The notes: generated by a model from the letters alone, not told the origin. 26,171 bases of DNA from a virus (IMGVR_UViG_3300030376_002463:1-26171), one strand, 5' to 3'; shown: positions 17,047 to 25,885, counted from the first letter of the stretch. A program made the numbers and translations.

Positions 17047-17961
17047 ATGGGATTAAATGTATCAGCTCTTAACGACTTCAATAACGAAGTTGCAGGAGAA
17101 TTAATCATTAGATCAGTATATGAAGGGCAGACTACATCGATTTTACCAGTAAAAGAGGGTATCAAACATCAAGAACCTCTTAACTTATTCGATGTTGATC
17201 TACAAATCCAAACAGGTAGCTGTGTAAGCACACCATCTGGATCAATGATCGCTAGTCAAAGAAATATTACTGTAACACCTAGAACATCTTACGATGGTCT
17301 ATGTTTAAAAGACCTAGACACTAAGTACTTAGGAATAAGTGCTCTAGAGCCAGGATCTTACAACGAAACATTCGCATTAGCTAACGCTTATGGTGAAATG
17401 TTAACAAACCAATTTGCAAAGAAAAACGACCAATTCCTTTGGAACGTTACTTCTGGTAGCTCTGCAGGTTTAGGTTACTTAACTTCAGGATCTAATTCAG
17501 GAGTAGTAACACCAGCAGCTGCGAATATTCCTTTCGTATCAGCTGACGCTCTACTAGTAATCGATACTCTTATCGATAACCTAGACGCAGATGTTGCAGA
17601 TAGAGATGACTTAACTGTATGGATGTCAGTAACAAACTTTAGAAAGTATGTAACTGCTCTAAGATCAGCTAACAATTTCTACTTCGACCCAGGATCAATT
17701 ACTAACAGAACAGGAATCTTAAGCATGGCTTATCCATTCCAAAATGTTAAAGTAGTTGGAACAACTGGACTACAAGGAAGTGATAGAGTTTGTCTAATGC
17801 CAGATGCTTATGCAGTGGTAGGAACAGACCTTATCTCAGATTTATCTGAATTCCAAATGTGGTATGACATTAACTCTGACCAATTAAAGCACAGAATCGC
17901 TACTAAACTAGGGGTACAAGTTGCTTATCCGGAGTACATCGTTTCTAATAACAGAAACTAA
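17047..17961 (+). CDS. Major capsid protein
   Basis: 304 aa after the scaffold and before a strong hairpin; VVGTDLISD...MWYD...KLGVQVAYPEYIV C-terminus typical of Bacteroidota phage capsids; biased codon use (TTC, AAC, GAC). Confidence 0.8.
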   Translation: MGLNVSALNDFNNEVAGELIIRSVYEGQTTSILPVKEGIKHQEPLNLFDVDLQIQTGSCVSTPSGSMIASQRNITVTPRTSYDGLCLKDLDTKYLGISALEPGSYNETFALANAYGEMLTNQFAKKNDQFLWNVTSGSSAGLGYLTSGSNSGVVTPAAANIPFVSADALLVIDTLIDNLDADVADRDDLTVWMSVTNFRKYVTALRSANNFYFDPGSITNRTGILSMAYPFQNVKVVGTTGLQGSDRVCLMPDAYAVVGTDLISDLSEFQMWYDINSDQLKHRIATKLGVQVAYPEYIVSNNRN

Positions 17962-17975
17962 GAATAGAAAAAAAG

Positions 17976-18000
17976 ATAGGGGGCTTCGGCCCCTTATTAT
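17976..18000 (+). terminator. cUUCGg hairpin after the capsid gene (weak terminator or stabiliser)
   Basis: ATAGGGGGC-TTCG-GCCCCTTAT with a poor U tract. Confidence 0.65.
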
Positions 18001-18020
18001 AACCTTTAAAAAAATTTATT

Positions 18021-18566
18021 ATGGCTTGTGATATTACATCAGGGTTTCAGTTAGGCTGTAGAGACAACGTAGGAGGTATAAAGAACATTTATATCTTATC
18101 TGGCTCTGTAGCAGGTGTTACTGATTCAGCTGGAGCTATCTCACAGATTTCTGGTTCAGGTACTTTTTATAAGTTTGAACTAACAAGAAATACTGGAGAT
18201 CTAGTTGAAACACCTACACCATCGTTGGAAAACGGAACTGTGTTTTATGCCCAAACAGTAAATGCAGCCTTCCATAAATTACAGGCTTCTATTCGAAATC
18301 AAGTAAAAGTATTAGCTCAAAACCCAGATCTAAAGATTGTTGTTGAAACAAACAACGGTACAGACGATAACGTGGGTAAATTCTTTTACGTTGGCCGCTA
18401 TAGAGGCGCCGTACTTACAGGAGGCTCAGGTACTACAGGTACAGCATTTGGAGATGCCAATCAGTATGCTTTAACATTTGAAGCAACTGAACCATCACCA
18501 ATGGAAGAGATCACTACAACTGGACAATTAGCTTCAGCTTTAGGTGGTTCCTTAACTGTATCCTAA
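18021..18566 (+). CDS. Putative major tail tube protein
   Basis: MACDITSG...CRDNVGGIKNIY...ENGTVFY.Q...TGTAFGDANQYALTF.A.E pattern; follows the capsid gene. Confidence 0.65.
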   Translation: MACDITSGFQLGCRDNVGGIKNIYILSGSVAGVTDSAGAISQISGSGTFYKFELTRNTGDLVETPTPSLENGTVFYAQTVNAAFHKLQASIRNQVKVLAQNPDLKIVVETNNGTDDNVGKFFYVGRYRGAVLTGGSGTTGTAFGDANQYALTFEATEPSPMEEITTTGQLASALGGSLTVS

Positions 18567-18585
18567 TACAATAATTGAAAAAACT

Positions 18586-18617
18586 GGGGATGGTTGTTTG
18601 AATCATTCCCTTTTTTT
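18586..18617 (+). terminator. Intrinsic terminator after the tail tube gene
   Basis: GGGGATGGTT-gtttg-AATCATTCCC followed by T7. Confidence 0.8.
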
Positions 18618-18633
18618 CTTATATTAAAAGAAC

Positions 18634-19107
18634 ATGATCAATATATATCCATTTAACGCAACAAGTTCTTTTGCAGTTTACCCAGAAAAAGGTAGAGCTG
18701 CTACTGTAGTTTCATCTTCTTATGAAATGCAGGTAACTCATAGTATTGATCAATCTAAGACTGATTTTACAGTCTATGGACTAAACAGTCCTAATGCATT
18801 ATCGTATATGTTGGTAATGCAATATTATTCAGGGTCTAATGCACCAGCACCAAATAAGACTGGTCAATATACTTACAGACTTAGAGAAGGTAACTACGAA
18901 CCAAGAATATGGGGTACTACGCATATAAAATATGCAGATCTAAGAAGACTCTGGTCAAATACAAACTATTTATCTGGGAGCGAGATCATCGATAGTGGTA
19001 GAATGTATGTACACGATGCATTTGACGTAACAGCATCAACGTTTACAAACTACACTAGTTCGAATGAAAACGCTACAAATGAAATATATTATACCTATGG
19101 CGGATAA
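18634..19107 (+). CDS. Hypothetical virion protein (head-tail region)
   Basis: 157 aa between tail tube and portal; GQYTY and IDSGRMYV motifs. Confidence 0.55.
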   Translation: MINIYPFNATSSFAVYPEKGRAATVVSSSYEMQVTHSIDQSKTDFTVYGLNSPNALSYMLVMQYYSGSNAPAPNKTGQYTYRLREGNYEPRIWGTTHIKYADLRRLWSNTNYLSGSEIIDSGRMYVHDAFDVTASTFTNYTSSNENATNEIYYTYGG

Positions 19108-20296
19108 GAAAAAAATGACTTTTCATACAATTCCAATAAACTCCAATAGAAAAGAGTTTAACTGGAAAGAAAAGTACTCAAAAGAATACATAAAAAATGG
19201 TGAGGATAACTTATTTCCTAATCACCTTATAGAAATGTACAACAAATCGTCTGTACATGCAGCATGTATTAACGCTATAACTCAAGGTATTATAGGAGAA
19301 GGTTTAACGGCTAATGAAGAAACCTACCTAATAAAAGCAAATTCAAAAGGACAGTCTTGGAATGATTTATTTCAGATGGCTGCACTAGACTATAAATTAC
19401 ATGGAAGCTTTGCATTTGAAGTTATTTACTCTAAAGACAGAAACAGAGCTGAGTACTATCATATAGACTTCTCTTATATTAGAGCAGCAGAAAAAGACCA
19501 TAGAGGACATGTTCCTGGTTATTATGTATGTACAGAGTGGGATAGAAAAAAACGTTTCTCCAACAGTTTAAAAGAAGGAGATGAAGTAATGTACTTGCCA
19601 AACTATAACCCTGAGCAGAGACTAGAAGAACCTAGTCAGATATTCGTTCATCATGCTTATAGACCAGGTCAAGAATACTATCCATTACCAGACTATGTAG
19701 CTGCTTTAAGAGTTATAGAATTAGATACAGAAGTTGATAACTTTCACGTAAGCAATATAAAAAATGGTTTAGCACCTAGTTTAGCTATAACTACTTTTAC
19801 TAATGGTTCAGATGACCAAGTAAGTACTATAGAAGCACAACTAAGAGCAAATTATGGAGGAAGTGATAATGCAGGAGCATTAATATACATGGATGTTGCT
19901 GATAAAGAAGCTAAACCAGAAATAACACCTATACCACAAAATGGAGCAGATGGTTACTATTCAGATGTAAATGATATGGTAATGCAGAAGTTACTAACAG
20001 CTCATAGAATTACTAGTCCTATGATCTTAGGTATTAAGACACAAGGTCAATTAGGTGGAAGAGACGAAACAGTAGATGCTTATTTATTGTTTCAAAACAG
20101 TGTAATCGTACCTTACCAACAAAATATCTTAGCTAGTTTAGAGGCATTAATGCAGTTTAACTACCCAGATATAGTATTAGGTGTAGAGCAAAGAAAATTA
20201 TACTCTGATGGAGAAGAAGAAGTAGCTATTGTTACTGACTCAGAAACTACAGACAGAGAACAAATAGATATCGAACAACCAGAATTATTAGCATAA
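19097..20296 (+). CDS. Portal protein
   Basis: GEDNLFPNHLIEMYNKSSVHAACI ... YYPLPDY ... NIKNGLAPS ... GSDNAG ... AHRITSPMILGI. Start at ATG 19097 (MADKKK) preferred over 19064. Confidence 0.85.
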   Translation: MADKKKMTFHTIPINSNRKEFNWKEKYSKEYIKNGEDNLFPNHLIEMYNKSSVHAACINAITQGIIGEGLTANEETYLIKANSKGQSWNDLFQMAALDYKLHGSFAFEVIYSKDRNRAEYYHIDFSYIRAAEKDHRGHVPGYYVCTEWDRKKRFSNSLKEGDEVMYLPNYNPEQRLEEPSQIFVHHAYRPGQEYYPLPDYVAALRVIELDTEVDNFHVSNIKNGLAPSLAITTFTNGSDDQVSTIEAQLRANYGGSDNAGALIYMDVADKEAKPEITPIPQNGADGYYSDVNDMVMQKLLTAHRITSPMILGIKTQGQLGGRDETVDAYLLFQNSVIVPYQQNILASLEALMQFNYPDIVLGVEQRKLYSDGEEEVAIVTDSETTDREQIDIEQPELLA

Positions 20297-20297
20297 T

Positions 20298-20885
20298 ATG
20301 ACAACTACATTTTTAATATCAGAAGCTAAGGTTAGAGCGTTCACAGACATCAATAACATGGTTGATACTGATCTGTTAAAGAACAATATAAGAACTGCAC
20401 AAGATTATTACTTGCAGGCTATTATTGGAACTCTTTTATATGAAAAGCTTTTGACTGATGTAGACAATGGTACATTGAGCGGTAATTATAAGACTTTAGT
20501 AGATGCCTATATACAAGATTACTTACTTTATGCGACTTATTATGAGTCACTAGAAAGTATATACCTGAGACCTCGTAACAATGGTTTATTAAGACCTAAT
20601 GGCGGGGAGAACAGCGATCCAGTAGACAAAGATCTTTATGAAATGAAGAGACAGTCTATTTACAACAAACTTTCTTTTTATGGAGAAAAGCTTACAGACT
20701 ATATTATAGAAGAGCAAGCTCTATATCCTGAATTGAATCAATCAAATAAATTATACGAACAGAATCCAAACTATGAGACTAAATATAAGAATCCATTTGC
20801 TTTAAGAAAAAGCTTTTATGCTGAACAAGCATTGAGAATGGGCTTACGTATTTATAACTCTAGATATCCTCAATATCCACAATAA
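20298..20885 (+). CDS. Putative head-tail adaptor protein
   Basis: ISEAKVRAFTDINNMVD...AQDYYLQAIIGTLLYEKL; directly after the portal. Confidence 0.6.
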   Translation: MTTTFLISEAKVRAFTDINNMVDTDLLKNNIRTAQDYYLQAIIGTLLYEKLLTDVDNGTLSGNYKTLVDAYIQDYLLYATYYESLESIYLRPRNNGLLRPNGGENSDPVDKDLYEMKRQSIYNKLSFYGEKLTDYIIEEQALYPELNQSNKLYEQNPNYETKYKNPFALRKSFYAEQALRMGLRIYNSRYPQYPQ

Positions 20886-20887
20886 CC

Positions 20888-22771
20888 ATGGGCTACAATT
20901 TAACAAATGAATACATAGACGAATCGTACCAGCAATTAGCACAGGTATCAGGTTCAGCATTATTAAATGGTACGGGATCTAGAATAAATAATCTATCCCT
21001 TACCGCTTCTTATGCAATTTCTTCTAGTCATGCGATATCATCTTCGCATACTGAATTTAGTGACAACGCTACATCAGCTAGTTACGCAGTAAGTTCTTCT
21101 CATAGTGAACAAGCTGACAATGCAACTAGTTCATCGTACGCAGCAAATGCTACATCTGCATCTTATGCAGTTTCATCTAGTCATGCTATACAAGCAAATA
21201 ACGCTACTAGTGCTTCTCAAGCAGCTAATGCCGTTAGTGCTTCACATGCTATACAGGCAGATAGTTCATCTACAGCAGTATCAGCATCATATGCTATAAC
21301 AGCTTCTTGGCCTTTAAGAGGATTTACAGACGTAGCTAGTAATGGATTACAGTTTACTTTTACAAGAGGTAACGGAACTACAGAACAAATATCAGCAACG
21401 ATTACTGGTTCAGTACAAAATGCAGTAAGTGCCTCTCATGCAGTACAAGCAGATTCAGCTTCTACAGCTGTTAGTGCTTCACATGCTTTAGCATCTAATA
21501 CAAGTATATCAGCAAGTCATGCTTTAAACTCAGACAATAGTATAAGTTCATCTTATGCAGTAACAGCAACAAGTGCTAGTCATGCATTAGCTTCTAACAC
21601 TAGTATATCAGCATCACACTCTGTTAATTCAGATACAGCTATATCTAGTTCTTGGGCAATTAGTTCAAGTCATGCATTAAAATCTAATACAAGTATTAGT
21701 GCTTCACATGCAATTAACTCAGACAACTCTATTAGTTCGTCTTATGCTATTTCATCTAGTCAAGCTCAAAACTCTAACAATGCGATAAGTAGTTCTTACG
21801 CAGTATCATCTAGTCATGCAATAGCAGCTAATAGTGCTAATACAGCAACTTCAGCATCACATGCTTTACTGGCTGATAATTTAGTACCTGGTGATATAAC
21901 TCACAATGGTGTATTTCAACAGCAATGGACTGTACCTGCTTCAGGATCGTTTGGTGCTCAAAAATACTTTAACAATATAGCTTATCCAGCAGGAGTTAGT
22001 ATTGACGGGCACACTTGGGATATTGTAGAGCAAAGTGTACTTAACTTTCCTCCATTCTTTGGAAGTCAATATCAAGCAGCATATGCAACTTCTTACTTTA
22101 AAGACTTTACCTACCAATATGGAGCTGAAAACTTAATTAACCCACTAAGAACACAATTCGTACTAACACCACCAGTAACTGGAGGTGAAGGAGGAGCTAA
22201 TTACGGAGGAGTATTTGCAGTACAGACTAGTGGTTCTAATGACCAATATACTCAGGCATTAATGTACGGTAATGAAGTACAAGTAGGAGCATTTAGAGGT
22301 AAAAAGATTACTATTGGTAATAGATCAACTGCTCAACCTCATTATAAAACAGAGAACTTAAATATAAATGCTGTTACTTCTTCTAAACTTGTAGACTACA
22401 ATTACGAAACAGCTAACGTAGGTCATTATGTAACTGGAGGTACTAGAGGTAATCTTACTACTATTACAAATGCAGGATCAGGTAGTAATTCATTCTTAAG
22501 TCTAAATGGAGGTAACTTCTATGAATTAGATATAACTACATCTGATACTATACTAGCATTTAACTCATTAGATACTACTGATGACTATTGTCAGACATTC
22601 CAAATTAGAGTAACTAATACAACTAATATTTTAACCTTTAGTAGCGACTTTAAGTTCCCAGGAGGTACAGCACCAACAATAAGTGCTAATGGTGTTGATA
22701 TACTAACAGGTACTTACTTTGGACAATCAAACAATCACGTTTATATTACGAACTTAAACAACTTCTTCTAG
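20888..22771 (+). CDS. Fibre-like virion protein with S(A/S)S(H/Y)A repeats
   Basis: About 290 aa of low-complexity repeats; C-terminal FKFPGGTAPTISANGVDILT motif seen in fibre tips. Confidence 0.6.
   Translation: MGYNLTNEYIDESYQQLAQVSGSALLNGTGSRINNLSLTASYAISSSHAISSSHTEFSDNATSASYAVSSSHSEQADNATSSSYAANATSASYAVSSSHAIQANNATSASQAANAVSASHAIQADSSSTAVSASYAITASWPLRGFTDVASNGLQFTFTRGNGTTEQISATITGSVQNAVSASHAVQADSASTAVSASHALASNTSISASHALNSDNSISSSYAVTATSASHALASNTSISASHSVNSDTAISSSWAISSSHALKSNTSISASHAINSDNSISSSYAISSSQAQNSNNAISSSYAVSSSHAIAANSANTATSASHALLADNLVPGDITHNGVFQQQWTVPASGSFGAQKYFNNIAYPAGVSIDGHTWDIVEQSVLNFPPFFGSQYQAAYATSYFKDFTYQYGAENLINPLRTQFVLTPPVTGGEGGANYGGVFAVQTSGSNDQYTQALMYGNEVQVGAFRGKKITIGNRSTAQPHYKTENLNINAVTSSKLVDYNYETANVGHYVTGGTRGNLTTITNAGSGSNSFLSLNGGNFYELDITTSDTILAFNSLDTTDDYCQTFQIRVTNTTNILTFSSDFKFPGGTAPTISANGVDILTGTYFGQSNNHVYITNLNNFF
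21002..21865 (+). repeat. Peptide repeats xS(A/S)S(H/Y)A in two blocks
   Basis: For example AVSASHA, ISSSYA, TSASHA, SISASHA; interrupted at ~21308-21415. Confidence 0.85.
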
Positions 22772-22772
22772 T

Positions 22773-23648
22773 ATGCCATTAATAATGAATACTTTAGGGT
22801 TCATGCATGACTATGAGTCAGGTAGTGGTTTACCACCAGACTTTCCTACAGCATTAACTTCCTCAGTTAGTATGTGGTTTGATGCTACGACTTATAGAAC
22901 AGGTAGTAATATATGGACTGACAGGTTATCTAGCTTTAGCTTAGATGCTTCAGGAGTAACATACTCTGATAGTAGATTTCATTTTCAACAAACATCTGCA
23001 TCAGTAATGACTCCTATAGCAGGACATACACCAAGATCAGCTTCTAGAGGTACAATGGTAGTAACTCATAGAACATCTAATACTTCTTCTGGTTCTAAAA
23101 ACGTATCATACAATACAGATACAATGATAGGTTCTATAGCTCACTTTGGTAGTGGAAGTAGCAATATACAGCTAAGTAGAAGAGCTATTCAAAAGTTATC
23201 ACCAGCACCAGGAGAATTAAGATATATGCCTAATTTCCAATGGTCTGGTCAAATAGCTACTAGTTCTTATGCTCAAATAAACCGAAATGCCTTTATGCCA
23301 TCATCCATATACTGGCCACAGACTTCTTTCTTAACACCAATCAACGGATTAATGTCAGCATTAACATTTAGTGGTTCAGAACAAAGAGGTTACTGGTCAC
23401 ATCAAGGTAGTGGTACTAATCCTCAGTATGAAGAAGCAGGACAAGGAGAAACTAATAATACTTTTACAGGAGTACCTAGTGGTTCTTTCTTATACTTAGG
23501 AGGAGCAGTAAGACAGACAGATGGAGTAGTAGATACAACAGGAGGTTCTGTAACAGCACAATTTACAGGTAGTATAGATAACGTATTATATTTCGATAAA
23601 TTCTTAGAAGAATCTGAGTTAAACACTTTAAGAGACTATTTATACTAA
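22773..23648 (+). CDS. LamG/concanavalin A-like virion protein (candidate receptor binding)
   Basis: SMWFDAT...WTDR at the start and LYLGG...FTGSIDNVLYFDKFLEESEL..L..YL at the end. Confidence 0.65.
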   Translation: MPLIMNTLGFMHDYESGSGLPPDFPTALTSSVSMWFDATTYRTGSNIWTDRLSSFSLDASGVTYSDSRFHFQQTSASVMTPIAGHTPRSASRGTMVVTHRTSNTSSGSKNVSYNTDTMIGSIAHFGSGSSNIQLSRRAIQKLSPAPGELRYMPNFQWSGQIATSSYAQINRNAFMPSSIYWPQTSFLTPINGLMSALTFSGSEQRGYWSHQGSGTNPQYEEAGQGETNNTFTGVPSGSFLYLGGAVRQTDGVVDTTGGSVTAQFTGSIDNVLYFDKFLEESELNTLRDYLY

Positions 23649-23669
23649 TTAAGATATAAAAAAAAGTCG

Positions 23670-23750
23670 GAAGCAAGCACTGCCATGTTTAGTATTCCTC
23701 TATTTATGCTTCATTTCTTTTTTTAGCTCCATTCTAGGAGCTTTTTTTTT
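23670..23750 (+). ncRNA. Candidate structured RNA (hairpin, U-rich linker, terminator)
   Basis: GAAGCA...TGCTTC stem enclosing TGCCATGTTTAGT, then ATTTCTTTTTTT, then the terminator. Confidence 0.35.
23725..23750 (+). terminator. Intrinsic terminator ending the structural operon
   Basis: AGCTCC-attcta-GGAGCT followed by a T run. Confidence 0.8.
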
Positions 23751-23771
23751 ACCTTTTAGTTGGATACGTGA

Positions 23772-23779
23772 CTATTTAT
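23772..23779 (+). promoter_or_regulatory. CTATTTAT motif upstream of the sigma-like gene
   Basis: Same 8-mer; another copy lies at 23700-23707. Confidence 0.45.
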
Positions 23780-23794
23780 AACTATATTATTGTT

Positions 23795-24349
23795 ATGGAT
23801 TTATCTAAAGACGAGGAGTACGTAAGAGAACAATTAGCTGAAATATATCCACAAATACTAATCAATGCTGAGAAAGTATGTGGAGCTGGTTATGATAAGT
23901 GGGGTCACGATCTAATTGCTTGTGTAATTGAAATCTATTTAGAAAAACCATTAGATTACCAACTTAAGGTTATTGCAGACGGTAAGCTTGAGAACTTCTT
24001 AACTAAAGTTATGAACTTTCAGTTGAAGTTAGGTACTACAAGGTTTTATCATCACTATCGTAAACAAAACGAAAAGTCAAGAGAACTATATATTAACCAT
24101 GATTATGGAGGTAGAATGGTAATTGATTCTTTAGCATATGTTGATAGTGATGACGACCTTATGGTATGTATAAAAGCTCAGATAGATAAATTAAATCCAT
24201 TCGAAAAAGTATTAGTACAAGAACATATCATACAAGGATTTAATTATAAAGAGATGGCAGAAAAATACGACATACCTTATTATACATTTAAAAAAGGCAC
24301 AAAAGATGTCTTAGTAAAATTAAAAACATTATGCAATCACCTACGTTAA
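23795..24349 (+). CDS. RNA polymerase sigma-70-like factor (ECF-sized)
   Basis: Region-2-like GHDLIACVIEIYLEK...LENFL and region-4 HTH IDKLNPFEKVLV...GFNYKEMAEKYDIP. ATG 23795 preferred over GTG 23768. Confidence 0.65.
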   Translation: MDLSKDEEYVREQLAEIYPQILINAEKVCGAGYDKWGHDLIACVIEIYLEKPLDYQLKVIADGKLENFLTKVMNFQLKLGTTRFYHHYRKQNEKSRELYINHDYGGRMVIDSLAYVDSDDDLMVCIKAQIDKLNPFEKVLVQEHIIQGFNYKEMAEKYDIPYYTFKKGTKDVLVKLKTLCNHLR

Positions 24350-24522
24350 CAATAAGTCTTATAATAAACTTCGGACTAATAATATTGTGTCTAAGCACTT
24401 TATATCCTCGTCTGATAGAGAGATATAGGAATAGAAAGAAACTAAGAGAGAATAAGAGAGTTAAAGAGATACAAGGTGTTGTACGTCAATATCTAAAAGA
24501 ATTACAAGATGATAGAGATTAA
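24331..24522 (+). CDS. Small single-TM membrane protein
   Basis: Hydrophobic N-terminus followed by a basic coiled segment. Confidence 0.6.
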   Translation: MQSPTLTISLIINFGLIILCLSTLYPRLIERYRNRKKLRENKRVKEIQGVVRQYLKELQDDRD

Positions 24523-24784
24523 TTTACTAAATATAGTAGGATTATCGATATTAGTGAATATGTACACCTTTTGGTTTACACCGATTCAAGGAGTCAAGAA
24601 TAAGATTGGAGATTGGGTCTTTAGGTCATTCCCAAGATTAGGGCCTTTCTTTTCTTGTAGTAAATGTGTAGGTTTGTGGTTGGGGCTTCTATCCTTTCAC
24701 TCTTTACCCGCTGCAGCCTGCACCTCCTTGTTATCGTTTATAATTAACCACCTAATAGATAGGATAGATCAATGGTATGAATAA
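24509..24784 (+). CDS. Membrane protein with CxxC (DUF1360-like)
   Basis: FFSCSKCVGLWLG within a hydrophobic stretch. Confidence 0.55.
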   Translation: MIEINLLNIVGLSILVNMYTFWFTPIQGVKNKIGDWVFRSFPRLGPFFSCSKCVGLWLGLLSFHSLPAAACTSLLSFIINHLIDRIDQWYE

Positions 24785-24989
24785 AGAAGATAAACAATGG
24801 CTTATAGAAGTGTTTCCAATCTATATAGGTAGAACCTTAAGAAAAGAAACTTTAGATGCTTATCTAAGGGCAGAGATGTTAATAGATAACACAGACACAA
24901 AAAGAAAGATTACTTGCAATTGTCAGTTAAGAGATGTTGGAAGAGTTATAAACGATAAATTTGGTAAATGGCGAAAAGAAAATACATAA
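24777..24989 (+). CDS. Hypothetical protein (70 aa, TCNC motif)
   Basis: Overlap-coupled ORF. Confidence 0.6.
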   Translation: MNKEDKQWLIEVFPIYIGRTLRKETLDAYLRAEMLIDNTDTKRKITCNCQLRDVGRVINDKFGKWRKENT

Positions 24990-25414
24990 CAGATGAGGAG
25001 ATTGCTAAGATTGAATCTGATATATTCAACAACCGTAACACGTATTTGGATGATTGGAACTACGAAGATGATTTACTTACGTTTAAGAAAAGAGTTGATA
25101 AGATTGTACTCAGTAATGAAGAGTATGTATTTGTAGGTGATTATATTCCAGGACCTTATGAACATATGGTATTAACTAATTATGGTTCAGTTATAAACGG
25201 TAAGAAAGGCAATAGATTAAGACCTATGTTTACTCCTACTAGTATACATTATAGAATAGATCAATGTAGATTAGATGTACCTAAAATATTTAAAGAGAAC
25301 CAATGGGTGTATGATCTAGAGTTTATAAAGATGATGCATGATATAAACGAATGGCACTATAGAGATAGAGATGACTATATTAAGAACCAAAGGAAATACC
25401 ACAAGAAAAAGTAG
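24968..25414 (+). CDS. Hypothetical protein (148 aa)
   Basis: Overlap-coupled ORF; LTNYGSVIN is weakly reminiscent of NUMOD4-like segments. Confidence 0.6.
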   Translation: MAKRKYITDEEIAKIESDIFNNRNTYLDDWNYEDDLLTFKKRVDKIVLSNEEYVFVGDYIPGPYEHMVLTNYGSVINGKKGNRLRPMFTPTSIHYRIDQCRLDVPKIFKENQWVYDLEFIKMMHDINEWHYRDRDDYIKNQRKYHKKK

Positions 25415-25441
25415 GTTTTCTGCATAAAAGTTCTTATATTG
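25412..25441 (+). promoter_or_regulatory. Candidate promoter TAGG-N19-TATATTG
   Basis: Same architecture as the other sites; ends 5 nt before ATG 25447. Confidence 0.5.
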
Positions 25442-25446
25442 TATAT

Positions 25447-25665
25447 ATGAAAGGATTAAGATTATTATTTGTATTATTACTAGTTAGTTTATCGTCTTGT
25501 ACTAAGGATGATATATGTGGTGTGGTAACCCAAGGAGATAGTAGGTTTAATGACTATACTATGGAGTGGGAGTACTTTCTATATGTAGATGGTGATAGAA
25601 GACTAGTAGATGAAAAGACTTATCAGTCATATGGAATTAACGACGGGATCTGTCTTACGTACTAA
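25447..25665 (+). CDS. Predicted lipoprotein (72 aa)
   Basis: MKGLRLLFVLLLVSLSS-C signal peptide II/lipobox. Confidence 0.7.
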   Translation: MKGLRLLFVLLLVSLSSCTKDDICGVVTQGDSRFNDYTMEWEYFLYVDGDRRLVDEKTYQSYGINDGICLTY

Positions 25666-25885
25666 CGATAGAGTAATATATGAATATGTTGAAGCTCATC
25701 TTAGGTATATTGGTGATGTGCATGATGCTGAGAGGATTGATTTTAATTATTCTCTTACCCCGGAAAGACCTAAGTTTGAAGTTTATATTAAGTTACATGA
25801 TAAACGGGAGTACCAATTACAAGCAGAATCGTTAAAAGAGTTAATGCATAAACTATATGGAGAAAACGAAGTACCCGACTTATAG
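25610..25885 (+). CDS. Hypothetical protein (start uncertain)
   Basis: Fills the gap between the lipoprotein and SET genes; the true start may be downstream. Confidence 0.5.
   Translation: MKRLISHMELTTGSVLRTNDRVIYEYVEAHLRYIGDVHDAERIDFNYSLTPERPKFEVYIKLHDKREYQLQAESLKELMHKLYGENEVPDL

Noticed and set aside
7975-23626. Short nested ORFs (7975-8169, 11498-11734, 11806-11991, 12732-12944, 16617-16946, 17475-17675, 21105-21299, 23423-23626)
   Set aside because: All lie inside longer motif-bearing genes and look like off-frame by-products.
190-23794. tRNA genes in intergenic gaps
   Set aside because: No cloverleaf or TTCGA T-loop context found in the gaps.
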